A stretch of DNA of 64,000 nt, from the sequence record PP400787; one strand, 5' to 3'. Below are positions 10,250 to 21,708 of the stretch, piece by piece; within the stretch, counting starts at the first letter, position 1, and each line of letters starts with the position of its first letter. The notes under the pieces are model-generated. The model ran no database searches. It was given only the letters and a program-made list of their open reading frames with translations, and was not told where the DNA came from. The stretch is from Escherichia phage FL23. The position numbers and the translations under genes are program-made.

Positions 10250-10867
10250 TTATGCCTTACTAAATTTGCCTTTAGAATCTCTTTTCATGAGACGACCTTT
10301 AATAAATCCGTCGGGAATAATACCGTCTGGTTGTATTAATTTATTTATTGCGCCATTATTGACCCAAAAAGTTCCTGTGGTAGTCGGTTTGACTTTACAT
10401 CCTTTTCTGGACTTTCTATTAGGATGAACCATCCCTTTTACAAATCCTTCTGGAACAAGTTCTCCAGGCTTAATAAAAATATTTTTAGTTCCATTAGTGT
10501 AACAAGTTGTACCTAATACCGTGCCCGGTGAGTTTTCAAATCTCTTAGCGGAAGATTCTTTCATCTTTGCTATAACCTCTGTAGTCATAACAATTCCACC
10601 AATTCCGCCAGGTTTCATATTATAATAATTTTTGCTTTTTATTATTTCAGAAGTTATAATTTCTTCTTCATACATGTACGCTTCTTCGGAAGTTTTAAAC
10701 TCTTTTAGTATTGTTCTAGAGAAATTGTTTTCACCATATTTCTTTATGGCCTGCTGAATTGCCTTACCGGAACCAAGGTAACCATCATTCAAGTCATCAG
10801 TAGAGTGTTTTCCTATATACTTTTTACCATTTATTAGATTTGTTGTTTCATATACAAAGTGGTACAT
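10250..10867 (-). CDS. segE: GIY-YIG homing endonuclease (SegE-like)
   Basis: 205-aa ORF; N-terminal GIY-YIG motifs (YHFVYETTN...KKYIGKH) and C-terminal DNA-binding tail (IIPDGFIKGR); position between inh and uvsW. Confidence 0.8.
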   Translation of the reverse strand: MYHFVYETTNLINGKKYIGKHSTDDLNDGYLGSGKAIQQAIKKYGENNFSRTILKEFKTSEEAYMYEEEIITSEIIKSKNYYNMKPGGIGGIVMTTEVIAKMKESSAKRFENSPGTVLGTTCYTNGTKNIFIKPGELVPEGFVKGMVHPNRKSRKGCKVKPTTTGTFWVNNGAINKLIQPDGIIPDGFIKGRLMKRDSKGKFSKA

Positions 10868-10895
10868 ACTATTTTCCGAGTAATAAATATATCTA

Positions 10896-10903
10896 TATTT
10901 ATA
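10896..10903 (-). promoter_or_regulatory. Late promoter core (TATAAATA on minus strand) upstream of segE
   Basis: Plus-strand TATTTATA 29 nt upstream of segE ATG. Confidence 0.45.
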
Positions 10904-10916
10904 CTGAGGAAATATT

Positions 10917-11597
10917 ATGATAGATAAAGATTATATTGCAGAGCTGAAGGCTCTTGATGATAATAAAGAAGCTAAAGCTAAATTAGCTGAATATGCTGAA
11001 CAGTTTGGTATAAAGGTCAAAAAGAATAAATCTTTTGATAATATCGTTGTTGATATTGAAGAAGCCCTCCAGAAGCTCGCTAGTGAACCTATGCCAGAGA
11101 CTGATGGGTTATCTATTAAAGACTTAATTGATGCTGCTGATGCCGCAGAGGGATTAAAATATGACGATGAAGAAGTCAATCCAGAAGCAGCACTTTTGAT
11201 TGATTCTCCGGTTAAATCTGACATTAAAATTGAAGTAGTAGAAACGGATAAAATTCCTGAAAATACCGATGTTTTGATTGAAGATACTCCTTTTGTTGAA
11301 GAAAAATTCGAGCAGGCTGTAGCTGAGATTATTGAATCTGAAAAGCCGTCTGTATTTACTCTTCCGGAAAACTTTAGTCCGAATCTTCAGCTGATTGGAA
11401 AAAATCCAGGATTCTGCACCGTTCCTTGGTGGATTTACCAGTGGATTGCTGAAACTCCGGATTGGAAATCTCACCCAACTAGTTTTGAGCATGCGTCAGC
11501 ACACCAAACTTTATTTAGCTTAATTTATTACATTAACCGTGACGGATCAGTTTTAATTCGTGAAACACGCAATTCTTCTTTCGTAACATTAAAATAA
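10917..11597 (+). CDS. inh: Inh-like protein (inhibitor of prohead protease), acidic
   Basis: 226-aa ORF, size and position (upstream of hoc) match T4 inh. Confidence 0.6.
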   Translation: MIDKDYIAELKALDDNKEAKAKLAEYAEQFGIKVKKNKSFDNIVVDIEEALQKLASEPMPETDGLSIKDLIDAADAAEGLKYDDEEVNPEAALLIDSPVKSDIKIEVVETDKIPENTDVLIEDTPFVEEKFEQAVAEIIESEKPSVFTLPENFSPNLQLIGKNPGFCTVPWWIYQWIAETPDWKSHPTSFEHASAHQTLFSLIYYINRDGSVLIRETRNSSFVTLK

Positions 11598-11606
11598 GGA
11601 TAACTT

Positions 11607-12737
11607 ATGACTTTTACAGTTGATATAACTCCTAAAACACCTACTGGAGTTATAGATCAGACTCAGCAGTTTACTGCTACACCCAGTGGTCAAACTGGAG
11701 ATGGACCTATTACATATGCTTGGAGCGTAGATGATGTTCCGCAAGATGGAACTGAAGCAACTTTTAGTTATGTACTAAAAGGACCTGCTGGTCAAAAGAC
11801 TATTAAAGTAGTTGCAACAAACACAGTTCCAGATACTGATGCTGAAACAGCAGAAGCTACTACAACTATCACAGTTCAAAACAAGACACAGACAACTACC
11901 TTAGCTGTAACTCCTGCTAGTCCTGCTGCTGGAGTAATTGGAACCCCAGTTCAATTTACTGCTGCCTTAGCTTCTCAACCATCAGGCGCATCTGCTACGT
12001 ATCAGTGGCATGTAGATGGTTCTCCTGTGAGCGAAGCAACTAGTGCTACATTCAATTACACTCCTACTACAAGCGGAGTTAAAAAAATTAAGTGTGTAGC
12101 TCAAGTAACCGCGGCAGATTATGATGCACTGAGCGTTACTTCTAATGAAGTATCACTGACTGTTAATAAGAAGACAATGAATCCACAGGTTACATTGACT
12201 CCTCCTTCTATTAATGTTCAGCAAGATGCTTCGGCTACATTTACTGCTAATGTTACTGGCGCACCTGAGGCAGCACAAATTACTTACTCGTGGAAGAAAG
12301 ATTCTTCTCCTGTAGAAGGGTCAACTAACGTATATACTGTCGATACCTCATCTGTTGGAAGTCAAACTATTGAAGTTACTGCAACTGTTACCGCTACTGA
12401 TTATGATAGCAAAACTATCGCAGCAGAAGGTCAAGTTCAGGTAACTGATAAAGTTGCTCCGGAACCAGAAGGTGAATTACCTTATGTTCATCCTCTTCCA
12501 CATCGTACTTCAGCTTATATCTGGTGCGGTTGGTGGGTTATGGATGAAATCCAAAAAATGACTGAAGAAGGTAAAGACTGGAAAACTGACGACCCAGACA
12601 GTAAATACTACCTGCATCGTTACACTCTTCAGAAGATGATGAAAGACTATCCAGAAGTTGATGTTCAAGAATCACGCAATGGATACATCATTCATAAAAC
12701 TGCTTTAGAAACTGGTATCATCTATACCTATCCATAA
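11607..12737 (+). CDS. hoc: Hoc-like outer capsid decoration protein with Ig-like repeats
   Basis: 376-aa ORF (same length as T4 Hoc) with repeated Thr/Ser-rich beta-strand-like segments. Confidence 0.8.
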   Translation: MTFTVDITPKTPTGVIDQTQQFTATPSGQTGDGPITYAWSVDDVPQDGTEATFSYVLKGPAGQKTIKVVATNTVPDTDAETAEATTTITVQNKTQTTTLAVTPASPAAGVIGTPVQFTAALASQPSGASATYQWHVDGSPVSEATSATFNYTPTTSGVKKIKCVAQVTAADYDALSVTSNEVSLTVNKKTMNPQVTLTPPSINVQQDASATFTANVTGAPEAAQITYSWKKDSSPVEGSTNVYTVDTSSVGSQTIEVTATVTATDYDSKTIAAEGQVQVTDKVAPEPEGELPYVHPLPHRTSAYIWCGWWVMDEIQKMTEEGKDWKTDDPDSKYYLHRYTLQKMMKDYPEVDVQESRNGYIIHKTALETGIIYTYP

Positions 12738-12741
12738 TCAT

Positions 12742-12769
12742 AAGGGGCTTCGGCCCCTTTCTTCATTTT
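12742..12769 (+). terminator. Intrinsic terminator downstream of hoc
   Basis: aaggggc-ttcg-gcccctt hairpin followed by T-rich run. Confidence 0.65.
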
Positions 12770-12826
12770 GAAAGCACACAAAACACAATCAGAAAATGAT
12801 GTATATAATGGCACCAACTCGATAAC

Positions 12827-13024
12827 ATGAGATTGATTATGAGAACTGAGGTTGTGGTGTTTACTCTTCATGAGTCTGGAAAGTCATTCATTGAAATTGC
12901 TCGTGAATTAAACTTACAGGCGAAAGAAGTGGCTGTATTATGGGCTCGAGCTATGACTGCTAAGAATAAATTTGAAACTCGAGAAAAAGTTGTCTATAGA
13001 AAAAGACATATTAATAAAAGGTGA
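12827..13024 (+). CDS. Small basic helix-turn-helix-like protein
   Basis: 65-aa ORF, ATG verified; HTH-like segment SGKSFIEIARELNLQAKEV. Confidence 0.45.
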   Translation: MRLIMRTEVVVFTLHESGKSFIEIARELNLQAKEVAVLWARAMTAKNKFETREKVVYRKRHINKR

Positions 13025-13027
13025 AAA

Positions 13028-13306
13028 ATGGAACAGTATGATCTTTATGAAAATGAATCTTTTGCTAATCGATTACGCGAAAAAGCACTTAAAAGTAAAC
13101 AGTTTAAACTAGAGTGTTTTATTAAAGATTTTTCGGAACTTGCTAATAAAGCAGCTGAACAAGGTAAAACATATTTTAGTTATTATTGTACTGCTCGCGA
13201 TAAATTGATTACTGAAGAAATTGGTGATTGGCTGAGAAAAGAAGGATTTAGCTTTAAAGTCAATAGTGATCAGCGTGATGGTGATTGGTTAGAAATTACA
13301 TTTTGA
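13028..13306 (+). CDS. Hypothetical protein (92 aa)
   Basis: ORF tightly packed between neighbours; ATG verified. Confidence 0.45.
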   Translation: MEQYDLYENESFANRLREKALKSKQFKLECFIKDFSELANKAAEQGKTYFSYYCTARDKLITEEIGDWLRKEGFSFKVNSDQRDGDWLEITF

Positions 13307-13315
13307 GGATTAATT

Positions 13316-14320
13316 ATGTTTAAAAAGTATAGCAGTCTTGAAAATCATTACAACTCTAAATTTATTGAAAAACTTTATAGCTTGGGATTGACTGGTGGGG
13401 AGTGGGTAGCTCGTGAAAAGATTCACGGCACAAATTTCTCATTGATTATTGAGCGTGATAAAGTAACTTGCGCTAAACGCACTGGTCCTATTCTTCCTGC
13501 TGAAGATTTCTTTGGGTATGAAATTATTTTGAAGAATTACTCTGATTCCATTAAAGCAGTACAAGATATTATGGAAACTTCAGCGGTTGTATCTTATCAA
13601 GTTTTTGGCGAATTCGCTGGACCTGGCATTCAGAAGAATGTCGATTATGGCGATAAAGATTTTTATGTATTTGACATTATTGTTACTACAGAAAGTGGTG
13701 ATGTGACTTATGTCGATGATTATATGATGGAATCATTCTGCAATACATTTAAATTTAAAATGGCTCCACTTTTAGGTCGCGGTAAATTTGAAGAACTTAT
13801 TAAATTGCCAAATGATTTAGATTCTGTCGTCCAGGATTATAATTTTACGGTAGACCATGCTGGATTAGTTGATGCAAATAAATGCGTTTGGAATGCTGAA
13901 GTAAAAGGCGAAGTATTTACCGCTGAAGGATATGTATTGAAACCTTGTTATCCTTCTTGGATGCCTAATGGCAATCGCGTAGCTATCAAATGCAAGAACT
14001 CTAAATTTAGTGAAAAGAAAAAGTCTGATAAGCCTATTAAAGCTAAAGTTGAACTGTCAGAAGCTGATAACAAATTGGTTGGAATTTTAGCTTGTTACGT
14101 TACACTGAACCGAGTAAATAACGTTATTTCTAAAATTGGTGAAATTGGTCCAAAAGATTTTGGAAAGGTGATGGGGCTAACTGTTCAAGATATTTTGGAA
14201 GAAACTTCTCGTGAAGGTATTACTCTAACTCAAGCGGATAATCCTTCTTTGATTAAGAAGGAATTAGTTAAAATGGTACAAGATGTACTTCGTCCGGCTT
14301 GGATTGAATTGGTAAGTTAA
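13316..14320 (+). CDS. rnlB: RNA ligase 2 (Rnl2-like)
   Basis: 334-aa ORF, same length as T4 Rnl2; nucleotidyltransferase motif KIHGTN; converges on gene 24. Confidence 0.85.
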   Translation: MFKKYSSLENHYNSKFIEKLYSLGLTGGEWVAREKIHGTNFSLIIERDKVTCAKRTGPILPAEDFFGYEIILKNYSDSIKAVQDIMETSAVVSYQVFGEFAGPGIQKNVDYGDKDFYVFDIIVTTESGDVTYVDDYMMESFCNTFKFKMAPLLGRGKFEELIKLPNDLDSVVQDYNFTVDHAGLVDANKCVWNAEVKGEVFTAEGYVLKPCYPSWMPNGNRVAIKCKNSKFSEKKKSDKPIKAKVELSEADNKLVGILACYVTLNRVNNVISKIGEIGPKDFGKVMGLTVQDILEETSREGITLTQADNPSLIKKELVKMVQDVLRPAWIELVS

Positions 14321-14323
14321 ATA

Positions 14324-14350
14324 AAAAGGGACCTTTCGGTCCCTTTGTTT
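14324..14350. terminator. Bidirectional intrinsic terminator between rnlB and gene 24
   Basis: aaaagggacc-tttc-ggtccctttg hairpin with A-run upstream and T-run downstream. Confidence 0.65.
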
Positions 14351-15633
14351 TATTCATCAATGATAATTTTTGGTAGCTTAACACCTAATAAAACAGACAA
14401 ATCTGAACGACCCGCCATTTTATCCATATCTCCACCATCAATTACTCTTGCTTCTTTTTCATCTTTTGCTACAGTGTAAGGATTTGCAGATAAAGCATAT
14501 CTAACTAATAAACCGATAGATGGCTGCAAACTTTCTGGATCAACTACAACTTTAAATGCACCTACATGTTCAGGGTCATCTAAGTCAAGACCTTCTGTAT
14601 ACGGAGCATAGAAAATTGATCCAACAATTTCTTTTTCACCAATATTTTCTACTACGCCAACGATTACATAATCTAATGGACTGTTGGTATCGCAATAAAG
14701 CGGTAAACCATTAGCTAAGAACCCGTAGGCATTTTGTGAAAGATATTTGTCATCTTCTGGTTTATGTTTTAACCAACCTGATGCAGCAAGAATCGCAGCG
14801 GCACGAGCTGAAGCAACACAGAACGTTGCTGTATAAGTTGATTCTTTTTGGATATGTGAAACCATTTCACATACCATTCGATATAATGAACGACCCGCTT
14901 CAGGTGCAGATGCATAACTCAAATCAATGAATCCAGTATCAGTAATTCCTGTAACTTTATAACGTTTTGATACTGTAATCAAAGACTGCAGAATATCTTT
15001 ATTGATTTCATCTGCCATTTCGGTTGCAAGCAAATCTTCCAAGAAATTAGGAGCATCGAATCCATTTGCTTCTAAATCTTGTGCTAATTCAACTGTAATG
15101 CCAGTTTTAAGTTTACGAGATTTAACTGCGGTTTGCCATTTATTAATCTGGAATCTAGCATCCGCAATTTCACTATCAGAGCTTTCAAATTTGCTTGTTA
15201 CTGCAGCATCAGAAAATAGACGAACCTTTAAAAGAACGATTGCAATCTGAAGAGCTAATTCTAAATCGCTTTCTTCAATATCAGCAAATGGTGTATCTTC
15301 TAATACTTTATAAACGATATTATTATATTTGAATAAATCGCCTTTATTGAGAGTTAATTTAGACTCTTCTGTTAATTCTGTGATTTGTTCTCGGTCTACA
15401 TACCCAGCTTCGCCAGCGTAAGTAGCACCAGTTTTAAATGTAAATTCGTTATCTGGGTTAAGGTATTTGATACCATAAAAAGCAGCAACAGGTTGATTAG
15501 TTCTTTGCGTTGCTACAATGTCAGAATATATTAATTTAGTGGTAGCGCGAGTCAAAGCAACGAGATTTGGGCGACCGATTGAGTTGCTATTCGTTGTGGT
15601 TGATTCGCGCAGAAGTTCGTTGATTTTAGCCAT
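14350..15633 (-). CDS. 24: Capsid vertex protein (gp24-like)
   Basis: 427-aa ORF, same length as T4 gp24; paralogous to major capsid protein. Confidence 0.85.
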   Translation of the reverse strand: MAKINELLRESTTTNSNSIGRPNLVALTRATTKLIYSDIVATQRTNQPVAAFYGIKYLNPDNEFTFKTGATYAGEAGYVDREQITELTEESKLTLNKGDLFKYNNIVYKVLEDTPFADIEESDLELALQIAIVLLKVRLFSDAAVTSKFESSDSEIADARFQINKWQTAVKSRKLKTGITVELAQDLEANGFDAPNFLEDLLATEMADEINKDILQSLITVSKRYKVTGITDTGFIDLSYASAPEAGRSLYRMVCEMVSHIQKESTYTATFCVASARAAAILAASGWLKHKPEDDKYLSQNAYGFLANGLPLYCDTNSPLDYVIVGVVENIGEKEIVGSIFYAPYTEGLDLDDPEHVGAFKVVVDPESLQPSIGLLVRYALSANPYTVAKDEKEARVIDGGDMDKMAGRSDLSVLLGVKLPKIIIDE

Positions 15634-15660
15634 TGCGCTTTCCTTTTGGTTTATATGATT

Positions 15661-15668
15661 TATTTATA
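15661..15668 (-). promoter_or_regulatory. Late promoter core for gene 24
   Basis: Plus-strand TATTTATA 28 nt upstream of gene 24 ATG. Confidence 0.55.
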
Positions 15669-15670
15669 CC

Positions 15671-15701
15671 ATAAAAACAACTAAAGGGACCCGAAGGTCC
15701 C
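15671..15701 (-). terminator. Intrinsic terminator downstream of gene 23
   Basis: gggacc-cgaa-ggtccc hairpin; U-rich tract on the minus-strand transcript. Confidence 0.6.
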
Positions 15702-15716
15702 TTAAATCGTCAAAGA

Positions 15717-17282
15717 TTAGATACCTTTAACATATACACGTCTAAAGTAAGCGTTCTTACCAAGGCTATTCAGAATAGAAGGCATACCGCTCTGGATGCG
15801 AGAAGCCGGAGCCTGAGCAGCGGATTCTGCAAATGGGTTGATACCGATACCGTAACGAGTTTTGAATCCCATTACCGGTTGGAAGTTCTTCGGATCGGAA
15901 CCACGCAGCGGAGTCAGAGCTACATATGGAGCATAGTAAATACCAGCATCCATTTCGTTAGGACCTTTATAACCTACAGTGAAATAATCCTGTTTAGCAT
16001 ACTGGTCGATATATACACGGTATTTACCACCCAGAACACCAGCAAATACTGACTTGGTAGTATCAGTGTTAAAGCCAGTAGCCAGACCTTGTGCAGCATA
16101 AGAAATGCCGGTATCAACTGAAGCCAGAACGTTAACTACGTTACGGGAAGCGATAATGAAGTTACCTTCGCCGCGACCAGTCTGACGAGCAATTTCAACT
16201 GCTTCTTTGTCAATCTGGAACAACAGAGCTTTAAAGGATTCACCTGCCCAGCGAGCACCACGAATATCGATTGGGTCCTGGAAGTCAAATACACCAGCTT
16301 TAGAACCCGGAGTCAGGGTCATACCAGATTTACCAACCTGAGCGGAGTAGTTAATCCAATCAACAACTTCGCGGTTGATTTCCAGCATAATTTCGGTAGC
16401 CAGAATACCAGACAGTTCAGCATCAGCATCCATACCGTGAACAGCGCGAAGGTCTTGTGCTAATTCAATAGAGTAAGCAGCTTTCAGCTGACGAGATTTA
16501 GCTTCGATAACTTGCTTATCGATACGGAAGCCCATTTCATTCCATGGGTTATCGGTAGAACCATTGAAACCTTCCTGGAGTTCAGCGATAGAAGTAGCCA
16601 TACCTTCAGCGATTTCTACCAGTACACCAGCTTCCATTTGTTTCTTAATTTCAGCATCTAATTTAGCTGCGTCAGATGCACTAGTATCAATTTGCTTAAC
16701 TTCTGTAGCTTGCAGATATACAGTACCAGTGTCCTGGAAGAAGTGGGTGTAAATAGTTCCAACTTCAAGAGTATCACTTGCTTTCAAAGCAGCGAATTTC
16801 TTAGCAGCACCCTGACCAGAGAACATTGCATCTGGACCATACATTGGGTGGAATGCTTCTTTAGCACCGGCAGCGATCGGATCTTTACCATATACCGCGC
16901 GGAGTGCGAATACCTGACCGGTTGGGCTGTTCATCGGCTGAACACCACAAATATCGAAAGCAATCAGGTTAGGAATAGCACGACGTACCATACCCATAAC
17001 AGCCGGGCCAATCTGGGTTACTGCGCCAGAAGTCTGACCTGCAGCGATGTTGGTAGCATTGTAACCGTGGTCACCACCAATTTCAGCTTCTGTTAAGAAA
17101 GAACCGAATGCCTGAGCAATTTTTTCGTCTTTATATTCCGGAGCTGTCTGGAAATCTTTTTCCTGGTTTTCAAAGATTTTAGCGATAATCGCTTGTTTGC
17201 TATTAGCAATTTCCGGTAAACCTTCACCTTCCAGTAATGGCTTCCATTTGTTCAAAAGTTCAGCTTTAGTTTTGATAGTCAT
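15717..17282 (-). CDS. 23: Major capsid protein (gp23-like)
   Basis: 521-aa ORF, same length as T4 gp23; synteny 22-23-24. Confidence 0.9.
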   Translation of the reverse strand: MTIKTKAELLNKWKPLLEGEGLPEIANSKQAIIAKIFENQEKDFQTAPEYKDEKIAQAFGSFLTEAEIGGDHGYNATNIAAGQTSGAVTQIGPAVMGMVRRAIPNLIAFDICGVQPMNSPTGQVFALRAVYGKDPIAAGAKEAFHPMYGPDAMFSGQGAAKKFAALKASDTLEVGTIYTHFFQDTGTVYLQATEVKQIDTSASDAAKLDAEIKKQMEAGVLVEIAEGMATSIAELQEGFNGSTDNPWNEMGFRIDKQVIEAKSRQLKAAYSIELAQDLRAVHGMDADAELSGILATEIMLEINREVVDWINYSAQVGKSGMTLTPGSKAGVFDFQDPIDIRGARWAGESFKALLFQIDKEAVEIARQTGRGEGNFIIASRNVVNVLASVDTGISYAAQGLATGFNTDTTKSVFAGVLGGKYRVYIDQYAKQDYFTVGYKGPNEMDAGIYYAPYVALTPLRGSDPKNFQPVMGFKTRYGIGINPFAESAAQAPASRIQSGMPSILNSLGKNAYFRRVYVKGI

Positions 17283-17300
17283 TTGTGTTAACCTTTAAAA

Positions 17301-18110
17301 TTAGAAACGAGATGCGACTTTCGCATATACACTTACAATATCTTCTGCACCCTGTGCAGCTTTATCTTCTACAGCTTCAGTGACGAAATTCAGTCCGGCT
17401 GCTTCAGTATCAGGAGTATTTATACTCTCAGTAATAGTGCTTTCATCTTTATTAGATTTCTTCACCATTTCTACGATTGCACTCAATTTACTTGAGAATG
17501 CATCTGAATAATCCATACCTTCGACCAGAGCAGAGACTTTTTCTTTTTGAGACTCAGTCAGATCTTTAGTACTTTCGCTCAATGCCACTTCACGCTGCAC
17601 ATAATTGATATATGCGTCACGCTTATTGAGTTCTTCGAACAGACGAGCTGATTCTTCTTTATGTTCTTGCAGCTCTTCTTCCATTTCAGCTACAACATCA
17701 ACTGATTCTTCTGGAACAACAACGTTGTGTTCAATGAAGAGCTCTTTCAATCCACCAAGCATGGATTCAAACAGTTCGGCTTTGATACCTTTATCTACTG
17801 CTAATTTATTTTCAGTGAGCCATTCTTTTGCAAGATGGTCAAGGAATTTAGAAGCTTGCTCAGCGATTTTCTTCTCAGCTTTTTCTTCTGCTTCTTCTTT
17901 ATTTTTTTCTACTTCTTCTTCTGCTTTTTCAGCAATTTTAGCGATATGAGATTCAGCTAATTTAACGGCGTGCTGCTTGACGGTAGCTTCGAATACAGTG
18001 CCGAAAGTTTCTTTTGCTTCCGGAGAAATATTAACTGATTCGAAAATACTATCAAGAGCAACGGAAGCATCAATTTTCTGCGCTTCGGCAATCAGTTGTT
18101 CTTTAAGCAT
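17301..18110 (-). CDS. 22: Prohead scaffold core protein (gp22-like)
   Basis: 269-aa acidic, Ala/Glu-rich ORF, same length as T4 gp22. Confidence 0.8.
   Translation of the reverse strand: MLKEQLIAEAQKIDASVALDSIFESVNISPEAKETFGTVFEATVKQHAVKLAESHIAKIAEKAEEEVEKNKEEAEEKAEKKIAEQASKFLDHLAKEWLTENKLAVDKGIKAELFESMLGGLKELFIEHNVVVPEESVDVVAEMEEELQEHKEESARLFEELNKRDAYINYVQREVALSESTKDLTESQKEKVSALVEGMDYSDAFSSKLSAIVEMVKKSNKDESTITESINTPDTEAAGLNFVTEAVEDKAAQGAEDIVSVYAKVASRF
17417..17424 (-). promoter_or_regulatory. Late promoter core for gene 23, inside the 3' end of gene 22
   Basis: Minus strand reads TATAAATACTCC, about 135 nt upstream of gene 23 ATG. Confidence 0.55.
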
Positions 18111-18137
18111 TTTGTAGTCCTGTTGTTTAGATAATAA

Positions 18138-18145
18138 TATTTATA
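18138..18145 (-). promoter_or_regulatory. Late promoter core for gene 22
   Basis: Plus-strand TATTTATA 28 nt upstream of gene 22 ATG. Confidence 0.55.
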
Positions 18146-18779
18146 ACGCTTTTTTCATGGCCTCTGCGAGAGCCATATAGGCGTCATCGGCACTTGTATC
18201 GGCTTCCGCCGTCTGTGATTCGGTAATTTCCTTAGGAGTTACCCATGCATCTGGAGCACTTGGACCCCATACTGCATCAACACCTACAGTTAATTTGAAT
18301 CCTTCGTTTACGATACGATAACCTTTATTTGTGTCAGTCAATGAACCTAATCCACGAGAAGAAACTCCTGGAATCCATCCGGCACGAATATTAGCTGCTA
18401 ATTTATCTCCAGGACCATGGTCACCTTCAATAACACGAGCTCGTCCGTATACGTCATTTCCTTTCCACCACATATCTTCTATAATGATAGCGGCTTGCAT
18501 CGGGTCAACATTAGCGCGTGGAGGATGATTTAATTCTCCGAGAGCTTGTTTAGTTAAAACTTGCTCATTAATATAGTCTTTTACCGCTTTTTCTAATATA
18601 CGTTTTGGATAAAGACGTTTATTTCTATTGACGACTTCCGCTTGCATGAATATTCCTTCGATGTATAAACCAGGTTTTAAACCTAAGTCTTTTCCATCAT
18701 GAGATTCAAGCATTGGTACGCCATCAATAATTTCGCCAGGTTGACCCCAAGTTTCAATTAGTAATTGGGGTTCATTCAT
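18141..18779 (-). CDS. 21: Prohead core protease (gp21-like)
   Basis: 212-aa ORF, same length as T4 gp21; synteny. Confidence 0.85.
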   Translation of the reverse strand: MNEPQLLIETWGQPGEIIDGVPMLESHDGKDLGLKPGLYIEGIFMQAEVVNRNKRLYPKRILEKAVKDYINEQVLTKQALGELNHPPRANVDPMQAAIIIEDMWWKGNDVYGRARVIEGDHGPGDKLAANIRAGWIPGVSSRGLGSLTDTNKGYRIVNEGFKLTVGVDAVWGPSAPDAWVTPKEITESQTAEADTSADDAYMALAEAMKKAL

Positions 18780-19204
18780 TAGCTTAATCCTAATGCTTTA
18801 CGGCGTTTAAGAGCTTTTTTACGCTTACGCTGAGCACGAGATTGACCTGCTGGATTGGCAATCTTCGTTTTGGTAGCTTTACGAGCAATTTGTCTACGTT
18901 TTGCTTTAGACAACCCGGTAGTTTGAAATGCATTACGTTCGCGGGTTTTGCGATCTTTAGTGCGAGTAATTTCACCACGGGCAGAAACATGTTTAACGAT
19001 AAATTCATTTAACGGCATATTTTCATTAATAGAAGCTAATGCAACCGCTAAATCAGTTTCATCATCAAGCATATTCTCGACAATTGTATTTATATCGTCT
19101 TTATTTAAAGCGGAAGACAATTCGTCAAAGCGACCCTGTGCTTCAGGAATAAGTGCTTCGACATTCTCGAGAACTAATTCATGAGTTTCAGGGATCAGAA
19201 GCAT
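18779..19204 (-). CDS. 68: Prohead core protein (gp68-like)
   Basis: 141-aa ORF, same length as T4 gp68; basic C-terminus. Confidence 0.7.
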
Positions 19205-19442
19205 TATTCATCATCCTCGTCTTCGTCAGAGTCTTTGTCTTTTTTGTCGTCTTTATCATCACTATCTTCGTCTTCGTCATCATCCTCGTCATCAGGTTCT
19301 TCACCTTCGATTAAGAAATTACGAGCGATAGCGATTTTTTCTTCTTTAATTAAATCAGTCGTTCTTGCAGCCATGGCTTCAGCAAATAATTTACGAGCGG
19401 CTACGAGGTCGTTTGATTTAATAGCTTCAATTAAACCTTCCA

Positions 19443-19443
<1 letters not shown>
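19204..19443 (-). CDS. 67: Prohead core protein (gp67-like) with poly-acidic tail
   Basis: 79-aa ORF with Asp/Glu-rich C-terminus; between 20 and 68. Confidence 0.7.
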
Positions 19444-21068
<1,625 letters not shown>

Positions 21069-21100
21069 TTAAGCAGGATGGGGATTTCTCCCCATTCATT

Positions 21101-21592
21101 TTATTCCCAATAATCGAGAGCAAGAGTTACTTCAAAGGTTTGGATTTCATTGTTTGAATCCCAATCTAATTGAAGTTCACCCACGTTAGTAGGCCACAGA
21201 CCTTTAATTTCAATTTCTTTTGTTACTGTTTTAGCATCACGAGCATATTGACGAACAATAGCGCTCTTTTTATACTCTGCAGGTTTTCCACCAGTAATTT
21301 CGTTTCCTTGACCAGCAGCAATGCTTTGCCAATCAACAAACTTCTGGCGAGCATCATGAGCTTCATCGTTCATTACTGTAACAGTCCAGTCATCGAATGT
21401 ACGATCGCCTGCTACGTTAATTTTACGGTTCATAAATCCAACTGGAATTTTTTCTACAATACCAGCTGGTAAAGCAGTGGCTTTACATTGGAATGTAAAA
21501 TTTTGTCCAAGATAAGAAATTTCTACTTGGAATAAGTTAGGTCGAGCAAAATCACCAGATTCAAACGCTCGTGTTACATCATCTACAAACAT
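21101..21592 (-). CDS. 19: Tail tube protein (gp19-like)
   Basis: 163-aa ORF, same length as T4 gp19. Confidence 0.85.
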   Translation of the reverse strand: MFVDDVTRAFESGDFARPNLFQVEISYLGQNFTFQCKATALPAGIVEKIPVGFMNRKINVAGDRTFDDWTVTVMNDEAHDARQKFVDWQSIAAGQGNEITGGKPAEYKKSAIVRQYARDAKTVTKEIEIKGLWPTNVGELQLDWDSNNEIQTFEVTLALDYWE

Positions 21593-21606
21593 ATTAGCCT
21601 CTGTAG

Positions 21607-21614
21607 TATTTATA
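21607..21614 (-). promoter_or_regulatory. Late promoter core for gene 19 (proximal)
   Basis: Plus-strand TATTTATA in the 18-19 intergenic region. Confidence 0.45.
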
Positions 21615-21665
21615 TCCCTATGTTTAACCTAGGGCATATAGAATTAAAGAATTAAGGATATAGTG

Positions 21666-21673
21666 TATTTATA
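21666..21673 (-). promoter_or_regulatory. Late promoter core for gene 19 (distal)
   Basis: Plus-strand TATTTATA about 75 nt upstream of gene 19 ATG. Confidence 0.45.
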
Positions 21674-21674
21674 T

Positions 21675-21692
21675 GGCCTGCCGAAACAGGCC
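21675..21692 (-). terminator. Hairpin downstream of gene 18, possible terminator
   Basis: ggcctg-ccgaaa-caggcc stem-loop after gene 18 stop. Confidence 0.4.
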
Positions 21693-21708
21693 TTTAGAAT
21701 GCACCGTA

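Noticed and set aside
10881-10890. AATAAATA near-match to the late promoter core on the plus strand upstream of inh
   Set aside because: First position deviates from TATAAATA; not enough to call an inh late promoter.
12804-12809. TATAAT hexamer upstream of the 65-aa HTH ORF
   Set aside because: No recognisable -35 (GTTTAC) or MotA box at the right spacing.
16692-17096. 134-aa plus-strand ORF antisense to the major capsid gene
   Set aside because: Entirely inside gene 23 on the opposite strand; low-complexity, no translation signals.
17605-17949. 114-aa Ser-rich plus-strand ORF
   Set aside because: Antisense to gene 22; the Ser-richness mirrors the Glu/Ala-rich codons of the scaffold gene.
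21080-21093. ggggatttctcccc hairpin downstream of gene 19
   Set aside because: No U-run on the gene 19 transcript strand, so a terminator role for gene 19 is not supported.
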